This document shows, one piece after another, positions 1 to 10,251 of a stretch of DNA of 64,000 nucleotides. The first letter of the stretch is position 1. Each line of letters starts with the position of its first letter. Made by a program: the position numbers and the translations under genes. The DNA lies in the IMG/VR virus record IMGVR_UViG_3300011113_000640, positions 256,542-320,541 of that record. The stretch is one strand, 5' to 3'. The notes beneath the pieces are model-generated. The model saw nothing but the letters and a program-made list of their open reading frames with translations. It made no database searches and was not told the DNA's origin.

Positions 1-10
1 AATTGATCAC

Positions 11-1291
11 ATGGATGGCAATGCTGGCCAAGCGCCAGGTACGATCAAAACTGTGAGATATTTTGACAATTATCGAGATGTGTTGACTAGGATCGCCAAC
101 ACAGTAGAACATGAATATGTGTGGATCATCAGCAGTGTGTGTGATTACACCAGATTTGATTTTTCGTGGCATCCAGAGTTTTGGCAAAGCACCATGCTCC
201 ATGTATTTGCCAGCGATGGTGAAAAGTTCGGCGACACGTTCTACATGCATGTGCCCAGCTTCCGTCAACGCATAGGTCAATTTGAACTGTTGGATTGGTA
301 TGACCTAAATTTTGTTGGCACATCAGTTCCACGCCGGCCTCTGCCAGTGATCGAACATGATCATGATACGCATGTTGAAGCTGTCAAAACTATTTCTTGG
401 ACTGGTCCGCTAGCGGTGTTTGCCAAAGAACCAGTCTCACAGGTTCCTCCAGTGCCTCTGTGGCGAGAAAAAACCAAGACTGTTGTGCCACTCAGTACCG
501 GAGCCAGTCAAGTCATTGTTCCCAAGACAGCAGTGCCGTATATCAAAACACAGCTCTATGATTATTCCTATATAGATCGAACACAACGACATCTGCACAA
601 CGAACAACCTCTAGACATAGTGTTTATAGAAAATGGCGAACCCAATGCCCTAGATAACTTGCGTGTATTGTCTTTGGCAACAGCCGGCCTAGACAATCGC
701 GTGGTTCGTAGTTCGGGCGTGAATGGACGTGTGGCAGCTTATCATGCCGCGGCAGAACTTAGCACCACTCCTTGGTTCTTTGCGGTGTTTGCCAAGTTGC
801 GAGTCAATGACGACTTTGATTGGACCTGGCAACCAGATCGCATGCAGGAACCCAAGCACTACATCTTTCACGCAAGGAATCCTGTGAATGGTTTGGAGTA
901 TGGACATCAGGCCATGATTGCCTATAACAAAAAACTGGTGTTGAACAATCCAGGCCAAGGATTGGACTTTACCTTGGATTCAGCACACGAAGTAGTGCCC
1001 ATACTTTCAGGCACAGCAGAATATGCCTACACCCCATGGATGGCTTGGCGCACAGCATTTCGCGAGTGTGTAAAATTGTGTGACCAAACTGATGTGGAAA
1101 GCAAACACAGACTTGACAAATGGCTGAACCGCGGCGCATTGGAACATGGTGAGTGGAGTATCCATGGTGCCGAAGATGCTGTGGAATACTACCGTGCAGT
1201 CAACGGAGACACGGCAGAACTGCGCAAGAGCTACGACTGGGCCTGGTTGGCCTCGTATGCTTTGTTGAAAAGAAATCTTGTGGCAGATTAG
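11..1291 (+). CDS. Putative glycosyltransferase-like protein (may begin upstream of the window)
   Basis: 426-aa ORF; C-terminal half (LDIVFIENGEPNA..., FAVFAKL, AWRTAFRECVKL) resembles GT-A-like phage proteins; converges on a nucleotide-sugar operon. Confidence 0.5.
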   Translation: MDGNAGQAPGTIKTVRYFDNYRDVLTRIANTVEHEYVWIISSVCDYTRFDFSWHPEFWQSTMLHVFASDGEKFGDTFYMHVPSFRQRIGQFELLDWYDLNFVGTSVPRRPLPVIEHDHDTHVEAVKTISWTGPLAVFAKEPVSQVPPVPLWREKTKTVVPLSTGASQVIVPKTAVPYIKTQLYDYSYIDRTQRHLHNEQPLDIVFIENGEPNALDNLRVLSLATAGLDNRVVRSSGVNGRVAAYHAAAELSTTPWFFAVFAKLRVNDDFDWTWQPDRMQEPKHYIFHARNPVNGLEYGHQAMIAYNKKLVLNNPGQGLDFTLDSAHEVVPILSGTAEYAYTPWMAWRTAFRECVKLCDQTDVESKHRLDKWLNRGALEHGEWSIHGAEDAVEYYRAVNGDTAELRKSYDWAWLASYALLKRNLVAD

Positions 1292-2367
1292 ATGTTATCC
1301 AACACTTGATCCACAATATATTCAACTTCTAAATCAGTTAGTTCGGGATACAAGGGCAAGGTCAACACTCTACGGGCCATGGCCGATGCCGCACTCAGCA
1401 CGTCAGGTCCTGCCAAGTGCTGATAGGCCGGTAACTCGTGCAAGGGTTCTCGGTAGTGTATCTTTGTTTCTATGCCGTGCAGGGCCAAATTACGTTGCAA
1501 GATATCGCGATTTGACACTTCAATCACAAACTTGTGATAGGCATGATGCTTGTGATTGCTTTCGTCGATAAGACTACGAGCCGCAGTGCCTTTGAGACGT
1601 TGCATCCAATAGCCACTGATCTTGGCTCTGCGCTCTTGCCAGGCATCAATATGTTGAGTTTTAACCAACATCTGAGCACAATCTGTTTCGCTCATACGAC
1701 TGTTTGATCCGGTGTCCATGTGTGTGGGCTTGCCGTTGTTGCGAGAGCTACGGGCATACTCCAAAAGATTAACATCGTCTGTGACAATGGCACCACCGTT
1801 GCCATAGTTGTTCAAGTTCTTCATAGGATCGAAGCTGATAGCGGCACTGTTGGCCACACGCCTGCATCCATAACCCAACCAGTGCTGTGCAGCATCTTCT
1901 ATGACCACTGCGGCATTGTTGTTGAGCCACTCATGTTTGTTGAGTGCATGTCCATACAAGCCCACGGCCACTAAGGCCTGTACACTCATGTTACGATCAA
2001 TCTTGCGCAGATCCATGATGCCGTAGTAGTCGGTATCAACTATGACCACGTCCCAGCCCACACGCATGAAAGCATTGATAGTGGCCGGATAGGTCATGGC
2101 CGGGACCAACACTCGGGGAGGATTGGGCCAGAACTTCTGCGACGCATAGTATTCGGCAATGATCTCTAAAGCGTGGGTGCCCGAGTGACATGTGGCCGCA
2201 TACTTGACACCATTTTTCTTGGCCAACCAGGATTCGAACTCAGCGGTGTAGTTTCCATCCATGAGATGACCAGACCTTAGGACCACATCAGTGACGTCTA
2301 AGATTTCATTGCGGAGATTATTATACTGTTTTTTTAGACCAGTAAACGGAATTGTCAAGCCATTCAT
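1288..2367 (-). CDS. DegT/DnrJ/EryC1/StrS family PLP-dependent sugar aminotransferase
   Basis: SGTHAL, VIEDAAQ, SFDPMKNLNNYGNGGAIVT (PLP lysine) motifs; start taken at MNGLTIPF. Confidence 0.9.
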   Translation of the reverse strand: MNGLTIPFTGLKKQYNNLRNEILDVTDVVLRSGHLMDGNYTAEFESWLAKKNGVKYAATCHSGTHALEIIAEYYASQKFWPNPPRVLVPAMTYPATINAFMRVGWDVVIVDTDYYGIMDLRKIDRNMSVQALVAVGLYGHALNKHEWLNNNAAVVIEDAAQHWLGYGCRRVANSAAISFDPMKNLNNYGNGGAIVTDDVNLLEYARSSRNNGKPTHMDTGSNSRMSETDCAQMLVKTQHIDAWQERRAKISGYWMQRLKGTAARSLIDESNHKHHAYHKFVIEVSNRDILQRNLALHGIETKIHYREPLHELPAYQHLAGPDVLSAASAMARRVLTLPLYPELTDLEVEYIVDQVLDNI

Positions 2368-3301
2368 AGTATCGTTGGAAGCCTTCTTCAATGTCTACTT
2401 TGGGATCATAGCCAAAATCTCTACGAGCCGCATCTATATTTAATGCTCCGCGGCTGGGAAAATCTGCATCTTTGTCGCGCACTTCAACTGTGCCTTTTCC
2501 TACTATCTGCACAGCCAAGTTGGCAGCATCCAGCAGGCTCCATGAATGGCTCTTGGTTATGTTATAGATGTTGTTGCCAGAGCAGTCGCTTAATGTCGCT
2601 GCAACAATACCAGTGGCAGCATCGTCAACATAGGTAAAATCCAAGGTTTCGCTGGCACCATTTACTTTCAGCACACCACCGCGCATGGCTGTGAGCAAGA
2701 ACTTGCTGATAACTCGATCTTCCACATCCAGTTCACCATACACAGCACTGGGACGTATGATCACATGATCAAAGAATCCTCGTCGGCTGTAATCTTGCAC
2801 CAGCCATTCACCGGCCAGCTTCATGATGCCATACTGTCCTTGCGGCCGGCATTCTGCGTCTTCACGCACATCGTCGGTAAAATCTCCGTAGACCATGCTT
2901 GAACTGATATAAACAAATCTCTTTACGTCATAATTTTTTGAAGCTTCTAACAAGTTGAGTAGACCCTGACTCATGGTCTGGCTGCCTAGTTGTGGATTTA
3001 CATTCACAACCTTTTGTCTAGGAAAACTAGCCAGGTGGATGACTGCGTCGGGTTGATGAGTGCGCATGATCCAATCTATGCCATCTTGATCGGTGATGTC
3101 CATGCTGTAGATTCTGTCAGTAGAGATCTTGCGTCTGCGCTCAACCATCAAATAATCTAATTCTTCTTGAGGTATTAGCCCATAGGTAGTCTTGGTGTCA
3201 ACGATGATCACACGGTGACCCTGTTGTTCTAGTCTAGCTGCCACATTGTGCCCAATAAGTCCTAGGCCACCTGTTACCAGGATTGTTCTTGTTGATTCCA
3301 T
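2321..3301 (-). CDS. NAD-dependent epimerase/dehydratase
   Basis: ILVTGGLGLIG Rossmann motif, YGIMK (YxxxK), LDFTYVDD. Confidence 0.9.
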   Translation of the reverse strand: MESTRTILVTGGLGLIGHNVAARLEQQGHRVIIVDTKTTYGLIPQEELDYLMVERRRKISTDRIYSMDITDQDGIDWIMRTHQPDAVIHLASFPRQKVVNVNPQLGSQTMSQGLLNLLEASKNYDVKRFVYISSSMVYGDFTDDVREDAECRPQGQYGIMKLAGEWLVQDYSRRGFFDHVIIRPSAVYGELDVEDRVISKFLLTAMRGGVLKVNGASETLDFTYVDDAATGIVAATLSDCSGNNIYNITKSHSWSLLDAANLAVQIVGKGTVEVRDKDADFPSRGALNIDAARRDFGYDPKVDIEEGFQRYYEWLDNSVYWSKKTV

Positions 3302-3528
3302 TTTAAGTAATACTCCGTTGCTAATTTGTCCTCTACTTCACCATACACAATAACTCGTGTTCCAAATGTGTGTGGGTCAGGACGGATAATGTATTGTGGA
3401 TCTGTACAGTTCGCTCTGATCCATTGTCCTTTTTCAGTCTCCATGAATTCGCCCAAGGGCAAGGCTGCATATATTTCAGGATCATCAACATCGCCCATGC
3501 CAAAACTGTGGAAGGTTATCTTAGGCAA
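3274..3528 (-). CDS. Small hypothetical protein; distant member of the W..F.L.W small-protein family
   Basis: 84 aa ending EDKLATEYYLKW, similar to the array at 7901-10182. Confidence 0.6.
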   Translation of the reverse strand: MPKITFHSFGMGDVDDPEIYAALPLGEFMETEKGQWIRANCTDPQYIIRPDPHTFGTRVIVYGEVEDKLATEYYLKWNQQEQSW

Positions 3529-4002
3529 TTATTGTTTCAATGCCTTGATGGTTTCTGCTTCTACCACACGTCGACGTAAACTACTACTGGAGAATGAATG
3601 ATCTCTACCGTTGAATACAATTTCAATGCCACGCTGATAGCATTCTTGTCGCCCACTGTAGTCCTTGTCCTCATACTCTACACCCAAGATTCGCACGTCC
3701 ACGGGTAGAATCAACAACAAGTCTACCAGATCCTGTTCAGTCTGATATACCACTACTTCATCCACATAACGACATGCGGCCAACTGTATCTGTCGTTCCA
3801 CAATGCTTTGCACGGGTTTGTTTTTAGTGTCTGGGCGATCTATAGTGGGGTCAGTTTGCAAGCCACAGATAAGATAATCGCAGTGATTTTTGGCTTCTGA
3901 TAGCATGGCGATATGCCCGGCGTGTAGCATGTCAAATGTGCTGAATGTGATACCGATCTTTTTGCCTTCGGCATGCAGTTGTTTGATGTGATTGAATATC
4001 AT
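3529..4002 (-). CDS. Cytidylyltransferase (glycerol-3-phosphate cytidylyltransferase/TagD-like)
   Basis: TFDMLHAGH (HxGH), RYVDEVVVY and HSFSSS motifs. Confidence 0.85.
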   Translation of the reverse strand: MIFNHIKQLHAEGKKIGITFSTFDMLHAGHIAMLSEAKNHCDYLICGLQTDPTIDRPDTKNKPVQSIVERQIQLAACRYVDEVVVYQTEQDLVDLLLILPVDVRILGVEYEDKDYSGRQECYQRGIEIVFNGRDHSFSSSSLRRRVVEAETIKALKQ

Positions 4003-4046
4003 AGTTGTATAATAACATGTTTAAGTAATAAACACAACCGTTTTGA

Positions 4047-5138
4047 CTAGACCAAATGCTGATAATTGTTGCACTGGCTAGTCAAATAATTTTCTAACTC
4101 CTTGCTGCGAAATCTATCTATATTGGCTAGTCGACGAGGCAAAGTCTCTTTCCAAATTCGCTCAACGTCCATGGTCATCACTTTATCGATCAAAGAATGA
4201 ATCATGTCTATCCGGTAATTCAAATTGGTTTCTAGATCGTAACTGTGACCATCAAAAATATCATCAAACAAATCAAACCCACATGATCTAAGATGATCTA
4301 CCGTTCCAGGATTGCCTAACCAAAGGCCAAACTGACCACTCATAAAAGGTTTCCAGGTCTTTTCGCTGATAAAAATAGTATCATTGAAGATAGAAGTTTC
4401 TGTAACTAAATTTATATAACTATCATTGAACGCAGGCAAATTTATCGAGTGAGGATCATCATTCATTGAATCAACGGTTTCTGGTAGCATTGACTCAAAT
4501 TCTTCAATTATATCTTTGTTGTAAAACGGTCTAGGACATTGATGTTTGACTGTTTTTTTGTCATACCAGTACCACATATGAAACAACAACTCTGCAAAGT
4601 AAGGTTTTTGTCGCAATTTAATAAAATTTTCAATACGATGATATCTTGCTATGTTATTCATGCAAGAAATTTTATACTGTCGTGGCCGATCAGAAATTTC
4701 TCCAAGGTCATATGTGTACTTTTGCCATAAAAACAAATATGGTAAAAAACACACGTGTTTTTTTGGCTGTTGCAAATAGTTTATACCACCAGAGAGCACT
4801 ATGAAATTATCGGTGTGTTGACTCAGTTGTTCAACGATACGATCTTCCCACGTTCTAAACGGATCGCACGACATGTTGACAATTATAAAATCATCAACCA
4901 TGTGCTGTTTTAGTTTTTCTGGGACTATGTTCCAACTGCGTCCTAGATCCACTAGCAAATTAATATGCGTGGAATTTCTTAGCAATTTGCTCCAGGAACG
5001 ATCAAGGTCAACACGGTTACAAATTCTTGCGGTATGGACTCCTAACCAAGGATCGTGTTTTACTGAGATGTTGTGATTAAAGGTTTCCAAGCAGTTTATC
5101 TGTTTCGGGTTGGACCAGATTGGCCACAGCAGTGACAT
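4047..5138 (-). CDS. Putative glycosyltransferase with GT10-like C-terminal motif (start uncertain)
   Basis: INLVTETS...ISEKTWKP motif shared with ORFs at 17329 and 61133. Confidence 0.45.
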   Translation of the reverse strand: MSLLWPIWSNPKQINCLETFNHNISVKHDPWLGVHTARICNRVDLDRSWSKLLRNSTHINLLVDLGRSWNIVPEKLKQHMVDDFIIVNMSCDPFRTWEDRIVEQLSQHTDNFIVLSGGINYLQQPKKHVCFLPYLFLWQKYTYDLGEISDRPRQYKISCMNNIARYHRIENFIKLRQKPYFAELLFHMWYWYDKKTVKHQCPRPFYNKDIIEEFESMLPETVDSMNDDPHSINLPAFNDSYINLVTETSIFNDTIFISEKTWKPFMSGQFGLWLGNPGTVDHLRSCGFDLFDDIFDGHSYDLETNLNYRIDMIHSLIDKVMTMDVERIWKETLPRRLANIDRFRSKELENYLTSQCNNYQHLV

Positions 5139-5379
5139 CTACCACAAAGTCTACGTCACGAATCTGCTCGTTGTTTTCGTTGAAAAAACGGGTAAGCATG
5201 CTTTCAACTTCTTCCAATTCAAGACCTTGTTTTAATAAAGTATGAACATTTATGGTCTTTTGACGGCCACCACTCAGTTTAACAACAACTTTTTTTATGC
5301 ACTCCAAGGGAACGTCAGTTTTGTTTACTTCGTTGACTATGCGTTCCCAGTGGTCTAAAAAGTCTTCATTGTGCAGCAT
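5077..5379 (-). CDS. Hypothetical protein
   Basis: 100-aa ORF tightly packed in operon. Confidence 0.65.
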   Translation of the reverse strand: MLHNEDFLDHWERIVNEVNKTDVPLECIKKVVVKLSGGRQKTINVHTLLKQGLELEEVESMLTRFFNENNEQIRDVDFVVDVTAVANLVQPETDKLLGNL

Positions 5380-6103
5380 CGGCCATCACTGACTTGGGTT
5401 TACGACCGCGTGCTTTGGGGGCAGGTGCGGCTTCAGTGACTGGAACTGCGGCCTTGGCAGAAACTGTGGGATCTAATTTCTCAGCTTCCTTCTTCATACG
5501 ACCAGCTTCGGCGATCATGGAACGGGCGTTCTGTTCCATGGACTTGGCCTGTGACAGCATGTTGGCAGCAATGTCTCTGTCAGATAGTGCACCATCCTGT
5601 CCAGCACGCAAGGGAGGAACCATACTGGCCACTGCTTCGCCCTTGGCAACCTGTGAGGCTTTGAATTCAGCTTCGGCTTTGCGCTTAACTTCGGGAGCAA
5701 CCAGGCCACGGCTGGCATCATTCTCAGCCATTTTCTTGATAGCAGCTTCGCCGGTTTTCATTTCGTTCAACATTTTGTTGAGTTCATCAAGACGAATGGT
5801 GGCTGTGGGTGTAGGTGTTACGATCACATCAGCTGTGCGTAGTTTTTTGATCATGCGCTCTTGATGCAAGGTGGCCAAGACAGCGCGACCATCGGGCAAG
5901 AAACTGCGATGCAAGGCATCAGCCAACTCTTCGCTTTGTTGAGCCACTTCGCTTTCCAAGGCTTTTTGTATAGAATCTTGCCAGTGTGCTGGCATGACTT
6001 CGGGATAGATCACCAAACACATGTGGTCTTCGCCAGGAACCTGACGGAACAGGATGCAGACCTTGCGGTCTCCGTGTTTGCCTACGTGTTTCATAAATGC
6101 CAT
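5366..6103 (-). CDS. Hypothetical protein with coiled-coil C-terminus
   Basis: 245-aa ORF with AGGAG RBS, Ala/Lys-rich tail. Confidence 0.75.
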   Translation of the reverse strand: MAFMKHVGKHGDRKVCILFRQVPGEDHMCLVIYPEVMPAHWQDSIQKALESEVAQQSEELADALHRSFLPDGRAVLATLHQERMIKKLRTADVIVTPTPTATIRLDELNKMLNEMKTGEAAIKKMAENDASRGLVAPEVKRKAEAEFKASQVAKGEAVASMVPPLRAGQDGALSDRDIAANMLSQAKSMEQNARSMIAEAGRMKKEAEKLDPTVSAKAAVPVTEAAPAPKARGRKPKSVMADAAQ

Positions 6104-6104
6104 G

Positions 6105-6308
6105 TTATTCTCCTTGGGATTGGTCTGCTTGAGCCTCTTGTTGCTCTTTGGCCTGTGCTATGACCGCTTGTAAAAATGCTGACAGCTTGTCGTAGACCGC
6201 GCCTACCTGACTGACTTCTGCGCCGCGGAATGCACCACGTGTGCAGGCCAGGTCAATGATGTTCTTGATGGTATCAAGATCTGCTATTGTAATTTGTTTG
6301 TCGTCCAT
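6105..6308 (-). CDS. Hypothetical protein
   Basis: Start taken at MDDKQIT, just downstream of a TAAATA motif. Confidence 0.6.
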   Translation of the reverse strand: MDDKQITIADLDTIKNIIDLACTRGAFRGAEVSQVGAVYDKLSAFLQAVIAQAKEQQEAQADQSQGE

Positions 6309-6353
6309 GCAGATATTTACGATTGAGAACACACACGACTTTATTTTTGCCGC

Positions 6354-6381
6354 AAAAAAACACCCCAAACTGGGGTGTTTT
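6354..6381 (-). terminator. Rho-independent terminator
   Basis: AAAACACCCCA-GTT-TGGGGTGTTTT followed by further T residues on the minus strand. Confidence 0.85.
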
Positions 6382-6397
6382 GGCTAAACTGACGGAG

Positions 6398-6568
6398 TTA
6401 TTTGTTACGAAACCAGTAGTTGGCCCCAGCTACAAACCAGCAAAGCACAGCATTTACGTACTGCTCCTGACCAAAGTAGATCAAGCCACTCATGATCATG
6501 GCACCAATGATGAACCAGGTTATTTCTACTGCGTTGGCCAAATACCAATGTCTAAAACGTTCAAGCAT
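6398..6568 (-). CDS. Small membrane protein
   Basis: Two hydrophobic segments; start MLERFRH overlaps the VWA gene stop. Confidence 0.6.
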   Translation of the reverse strand: MLERFRHWYLANAVEITWFIIGAMIMSGLIYFGQEQYVNAVLCWFVAGANYWFRNK

Positions 6569-7853
6569 GTGCTGTTTCCTTTTCATAGTAAGCATACTGA
6601 CCCCAGGGAGGAACTACCGTCGTGTTACCATGAATAATCCATACCGTGTCGGCATAGTTTTCATCACCCCAGGATCCAAATGGGTAACCGTCTGTGAACA
6701 CGACCAGGCGCTTGGGCTCGATCTGTTCTTCTTTCAAGTAGTTGTAGATAGCGTCAAAGTCTGTGCCACCACCACCCTTGACTTCATAATCGCAGATGCT
6801 GTCCAGGTTGTCACTGTTATATTGTGCTGGATTATACACTCCAGTATCAAAGGTAAAGATATGGATCTTGTAGCTCTGGAACTGGTCCATGATACCCTGG
6901 GTTTCTGCCAAGAAGTCTCGCAACATGCGTTCATCAATCGACCCCGATGCATCAATGCCTATGGCAATATCGATCAGCTCGTCATTCTTCATACCGGGCA
7001 TGACAGCGTCCATGTGCCAGCCACGTCGGCTGGCCCGCATCCAGGTAAAGTCACTCTTGATGGTACTTTCCAACTGCATACGCAACAACTCACGCCAATT
7101 CATCTTGGGTGCAGTCATGTCTTGGATAAGACGTCGGACACCTGCTGGCAAGTTGCCAGCACCATCACTCGCCGCGGCTGCGGCTAGCACTGCTTCTTTG
7201 ATTTCATCGCGGATCTTTTGACGCTCTTCGGCGCTCAGCTTGGGCTTCTTGCCTTTGCCATCTTTTTCGTCACCGTCATCGTCCGTATCACTGTCACCTT
7301 CGCCATCCAGATGATCATCTAGGAGCTTGTCTATGAGATCACTCATGTTAATCTTTTCTGCATTTTCATACAGATCATCGTAAATCTCTTCACTACTCTT
7401 GCCTTCATATTTTGAATCATACAGGCAAGGAACTGATGTGATAAACTCGCCCACACGGTGTTTTTTCAAGTCGCCGTTGACAGCATAATCATTGGCCACA
7501 TTGAACAGCATGGGATCACGATCACCTCTACGACCAAAATGATCATACACACAATGCAAGACCTCGTGACCAAACAAGAATTCGATCTCTTTGGGCTTGA
7601 GCATGTCAATGAATCTGCTATTGTAATAGAAATGACGACCATCTGTGGCCGCGGTGCCACACCATTCGTCGGCATTGACTAGTTTGAGTCGAGTAGCCAA
7701 GTTACCAAAAAAACTGGCACGGAGCAATAATCCCACACGAGCTGTGATCAGTTTTTCACGCACTTCACGGTCCAGTTTAGGATCCATGGGTCCAATCAAG
7801 TCTTTGAACTTGTCGGCTTCTTTCTTGTTCTGACTTGTAGCGGCTGTGCTCAT
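6561..7853 (-). CDS. VWA-domain protein with putative HEXXH metallopeptidase domain (DUF2201-like)
   Basis: HEVLH zinc motif, acidic linker, DASGS MIDAS, GGGGTDF and FTDG motifs. Confidence 0.85.
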   Translation of the reverse strand: MSTAATSQNKKEADKFKDLIGPMDPKLDREVREKLITARVGLLLRASFFGNLATRLKLVNADEWCGTAATDGRHFYYNSRFIDMLKPKEIEFLFGHEVLHCVYDHFGRRGDRDPMLFNVANDYAVNGDLKKHRVGEFITSVPCLYDSKYEGKSSEEIYDDLYENAEKINMSDLIDKLLDDHLDGEGDSDTDDDGDEKDGKGKKPKLSAEERQKIRDEIKEAVLAAAAASDGAGNLPAGVRRLIQDMTAPKMNWRELLRMQLESTIKSDFTWMRASRRGWHMDAVMPGMKNDELIDIAIGIDASGSIDERMLRDFLAETQGIMDQFQSYKIHIFTFDTGVYNPAQYNSDNLDSICDYEVKGGGGTDFDAIYNYLKEEQIEPKRLVVFTDGYPFGSWGDENYADTVWIIHGNTTVVPPWGQYAYYEKETAHA

Positions 7854-7882
7854 ACTGCTCCTATTATCTGACTGTATATAAT

Positions 7883-7911
7883 ATTATAGCAAAAACGGAT
7901 TTATTGGTCAA
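7883..7911 (-). promoter_or_regulatory. Sigma70-type promoter for the VWA gene
   Basis: TTGACC-17 bp-TATAAT; near-identical to the promoter at 11384-11412. Confidence 0.85.
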
Positions 7912-8233
7912 CCGTGCAGTTATTTAGATATTTTAGCACAAACCAAGTTTGTTGGGCTTGATCATAGAAATCCAGGTGTATTTCCATCTGATGGGTATAA
8001 CGACCAGACAAATCCCGACCAATGCTGAAAAGAAACTCATTTTCGTCATCGCTGTATTTTTCACTACAGGGCACCCAGGCCTTGTGTCTGCGCACAGTGA
8101 ATCCCAACTCTCGCTTGCAAACATAACTGATCAACACACGGGTTCCGTGGTCAATTCCAAGTCGGTATTGTATGGGTTCCCAATCCTTGGGATCATGGAA
8201 TATAATAAGGCCAGGTTTGATAGTTACTTTCAT
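7901..8233 (-). CDS. Small protein, array member
   Basis: Ends FYDQAQQTWFVLKY. Confidence 0.75.
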   Translation of the reverse strand: MKVTIKPGLIIFHDPKDWEPIQYRLGIDHGTRVLISYVCKRELGFTVRRHKAWVPCSEKYSDDENEFLFSIGRDLSGRYTHQMEIHLDFYDQAQQTWFVLKYLNNCTVDQ

Positions 8234-8439
8234 GGCAATCCTCGCACGGTGTCTATGGCCCTGCGAGCATACTGTTTAATCCGAGGTTCTTGACTCATGC
8301 GTTCTATGTCTTCTAATGCTGTCATCATGATTTCGGCTTCCTCGGCCATCTTGAAGCAACGGTTTCGCAAGTTGCTGGCTTCGATCCATGATCCAATAGC
8401 ACCAACCAATCTAGCGACAATGTAGGCCCAGTTGATCAT
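8230..8439 (-). CDS. Small hypothetical protein lacking the array motif
   Basis: 69 aa, 4-nt start/stop overlaps with neighbours. Confidence 0.7.
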   Translation of the reverse strand: MINWAYIVARLVGAIGSWIEASNLRNRCFKMAEEAEIMMTALEDIERMSQEPRIKQYARRAIDTVRGLP

Positions 8440-8759
8440 GTGCCAAACTTCAACAAGAACAAGGTATGCCTCTGTTCATCCAATATTTTATAGCGTAAAT
8501 CCACACCTTCGGGCTGTATGGTCATTTCTATGCCATAAACTTCACGCAGGTATCCCGGAAAACTCATGTCATGAACACCAGACTTCCAACGCTGATCCCA
8601 TTCCTGTTTGACTTTCATTAGACGTCGGTAGATATCTTGATTTTCACCCAATATGGTATCAATCCTGGCTTCGGGTGTGGCATAGTATTCATCCTTGGCC
8701 TTGTCCACCAAGCGTTGGCCAAATTCATACACACGAGTTCGAATATCGTCTTTACTCAT
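8436..8759 (-). CDS. Small protein, array member
   Basis: Ends ILDEQRHTLFLLKFG. Confidence 0.75.
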   Translation of the reverse strand: MSKDDIRTRVYEFGQRLVDKAKDEYYATPEARIDTILGENQDIYRRLMKVKQEWDQRWKSGVHDMSFPGYLREVYGIEMTIQPEGVDLRYKILDEQRHTLFLLKFGT

Positions 8760-9033
8760 CTTCCCACCACTTTATGGTCCGGGCACGCAGTTTGATCATG
8801 GTAAACTCACGATCATCCACACGACCTCTGTATATACCCCAGTGCGGTTTGACCAGGTAAACACCATTGGCATTCTCCAACCAAACTCTACGGCTATTGG
8901 ACATGAAGTCGTCGTGCGTCTTGAAACACATGCGGCCGCCTTCGGCCGGAGAACAGTTGGGCATGCACCAAAGATGCCACTGTTCCAGGTTGGCTTTTTG
9001 AGTGCGTTCATCAAGTTCGTAGTAGTAGTTCAT
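8752..9033 (-). CDS. Small protein, array member
   Basis: WHLWCMPNC ... VDDREFTMIKLR. Confidence 0.7.
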   Translation of the reverse strand: MNYYYELDERTQKANLEQWHLWCMPNCSPAEGGRMCFKTHDDFMSNSRRVWLENANGVYLVKPHWGIYRGRVDDREFTMIKLRARTIKWWEDE

Positions 9034-9260
9034 CGATCCCAGACCAATTTAAATGTAGTAGCGTCTCGGGCATCCTCAAATCTAAAAGCAAATCCTTCAG
9101 TTTTCTTCCAACCATGCAAGTGCCAACGACCATATCCTGGATGATGATCGCACCACTTGGTTATGGCATTAGGGCTACGGTCAGCGTTGTTTAACATGGT
9201 ATCCCAGGAAATCACAACTTCAGTCCAGTCAGGTGGCGGCCATGTTTCTAACTGTGTCAT
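9030..9260 (-). CDS. Small protein, array member
   Basis: KWCDHHPG ... FRFEDARDATTFKLVW. Confidence 0.75.
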   Translation of the reverse strand: MTQLETWPPPDWTEVVISWDTMLNNADRSPNAITKWCDHHPGYGRWHLHGWKKTEGFAFRFEDARDATTFKLVWDR

Positions 9261-9469
9261 TCGAACCGCATCCTAAAAAACGTTTCCTGAGCAGGATCAC
9301 GAAATATGAATCTGACCTCAGGATGTGCATGTGATGAGTCATCATAGCCGTCATAGGGATCTGGTCTGTATTCCCAGGTAAAATCTTGATTGATTACCAA
9401 GCCAGCGATCAAGACCTGTTCCTTGAGATCCAGGGCCTGTTGTGCGTTTTGAACAAGAATTCGTATCAT
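9257..9469 (-). CDS. Small protein, array member
   Basis: Ends FIFRDPAQETFFRMRF. Confidence 0.75.
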   Translation of the reverse strand: MIRILVQNAQQALDLKEQVLIAGLVINQDFTWEYRPDPYDGYDDSSHAHPEVRFIFRDPAQETFFRMRFE

Positions 9470-9636
9470 GCCCACCTTAACATAAAAATCATATAGTCCG
9501 AATCCAAATCAAATTCAAATACACCTTCGCTAATGAACCGCCAGGTGCCTTCACAGTGATCTCTACACCACTTGATACAAGGTGTCCAACCCACATACTT
9601 GGGACTATCAGGAGGCAATATGCTAGCCACTTTCAT
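9466..9636 (-). CDS. Small protein, array member (not in the supplied ORF track)
   Basis: Read manually: MKVASILPPDSPKYVGWTPCIKWCRDHCEGTWRFISEGVFEFDLDSDYMIFMLRWA; ATGA overlaps at both ends. Confidence 0.8.
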   Translation of the reverse strand: MKVASILPPDSPKYVGWTPCIKWCRDHCEGTWRFISEGVFEFDLDSDYMIFMLRWA

Positions 9637-9872
9637 TCCCACCTCAATTTAAACAACACAGCATGTCGCTCATCTCGGAACATGTAGGTGCTCTTGTAGT
9701 CTGTATATATGCTTTGAGCTGCTATGTCTTCGCCCAGCTTGTACCACTCCTGATCAAACTCACCAATGTTTGCCCGGCACCAGTCGCACACTTCTGGCCA
9801 AGGGTGGCTGGTATAGCAGATGTATGGCCATTCAGGATCAGGCAGGCGCATGCTGTCTCCACCGGAGTTCAA
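9633..9872 (-). CDS. Small protein, array member (start may be MRLPDPEW)
   Basis: DWCRANIG ... YMFRDERHAVLFKLRW. Confidence 0.75.
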   Translation of the reverse strand: MNSGGDSMRLPDPEWPYICYTSHPWPEVCDWCRANIGEFDQEWYKLGEDIAAQSIYTDYKSTYMFRDERHAVLFKLRWE

Positions 9873-10182
9873 ACATGGTCAGGGCTGGATCGCTGACGTA
9901 GATCCTGTATTCTTGATATCTACAACTCCAGGCCCAGTCGGTGTTGAGGTAGCTGAAATCGTGGATGTCTATGTTCATACGCACCTTGCTGGCAACCATT
10001 TCTCTGCGGGTGTCTACTTCCTGGCTCCACCCGTAGGTTTCGTTGAACCATTTTCTAGCACGGTCAAAGTCTAACACTCCTGTGCCCATGCCCCAGTCAC
10101 GATTTTTATGGAATTCAATCATGTAGTTGAATTCTTCCCAGTAAGCGTATCTACGATCCAGTCGGGTAACGGTATAGTTCAT
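9838..10182 (-). CDS. Small protein, array member
   Basis: KWFNETYG ... IYVSDPALTMFELRW. Confidence 0.75.
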   Translation of the reverse strand: MNYTVTRLDRRYAYWEEFNYMIEFHKNRDWGMGTGVLDFDRARKWFNETYGWSQEVDTRREMVASKVRMNIDIHDFSYLNTDWAWSCRYQEYRIYVSDPALTMFELRWRQHAPA

Positions 10183-10251
10183 ATGCAGTTAATCAAAGGC
10201 GGAAGGCTGTGAGACACAGCCTTGTTGAACCACAGCCTTCCGGGCCTATTC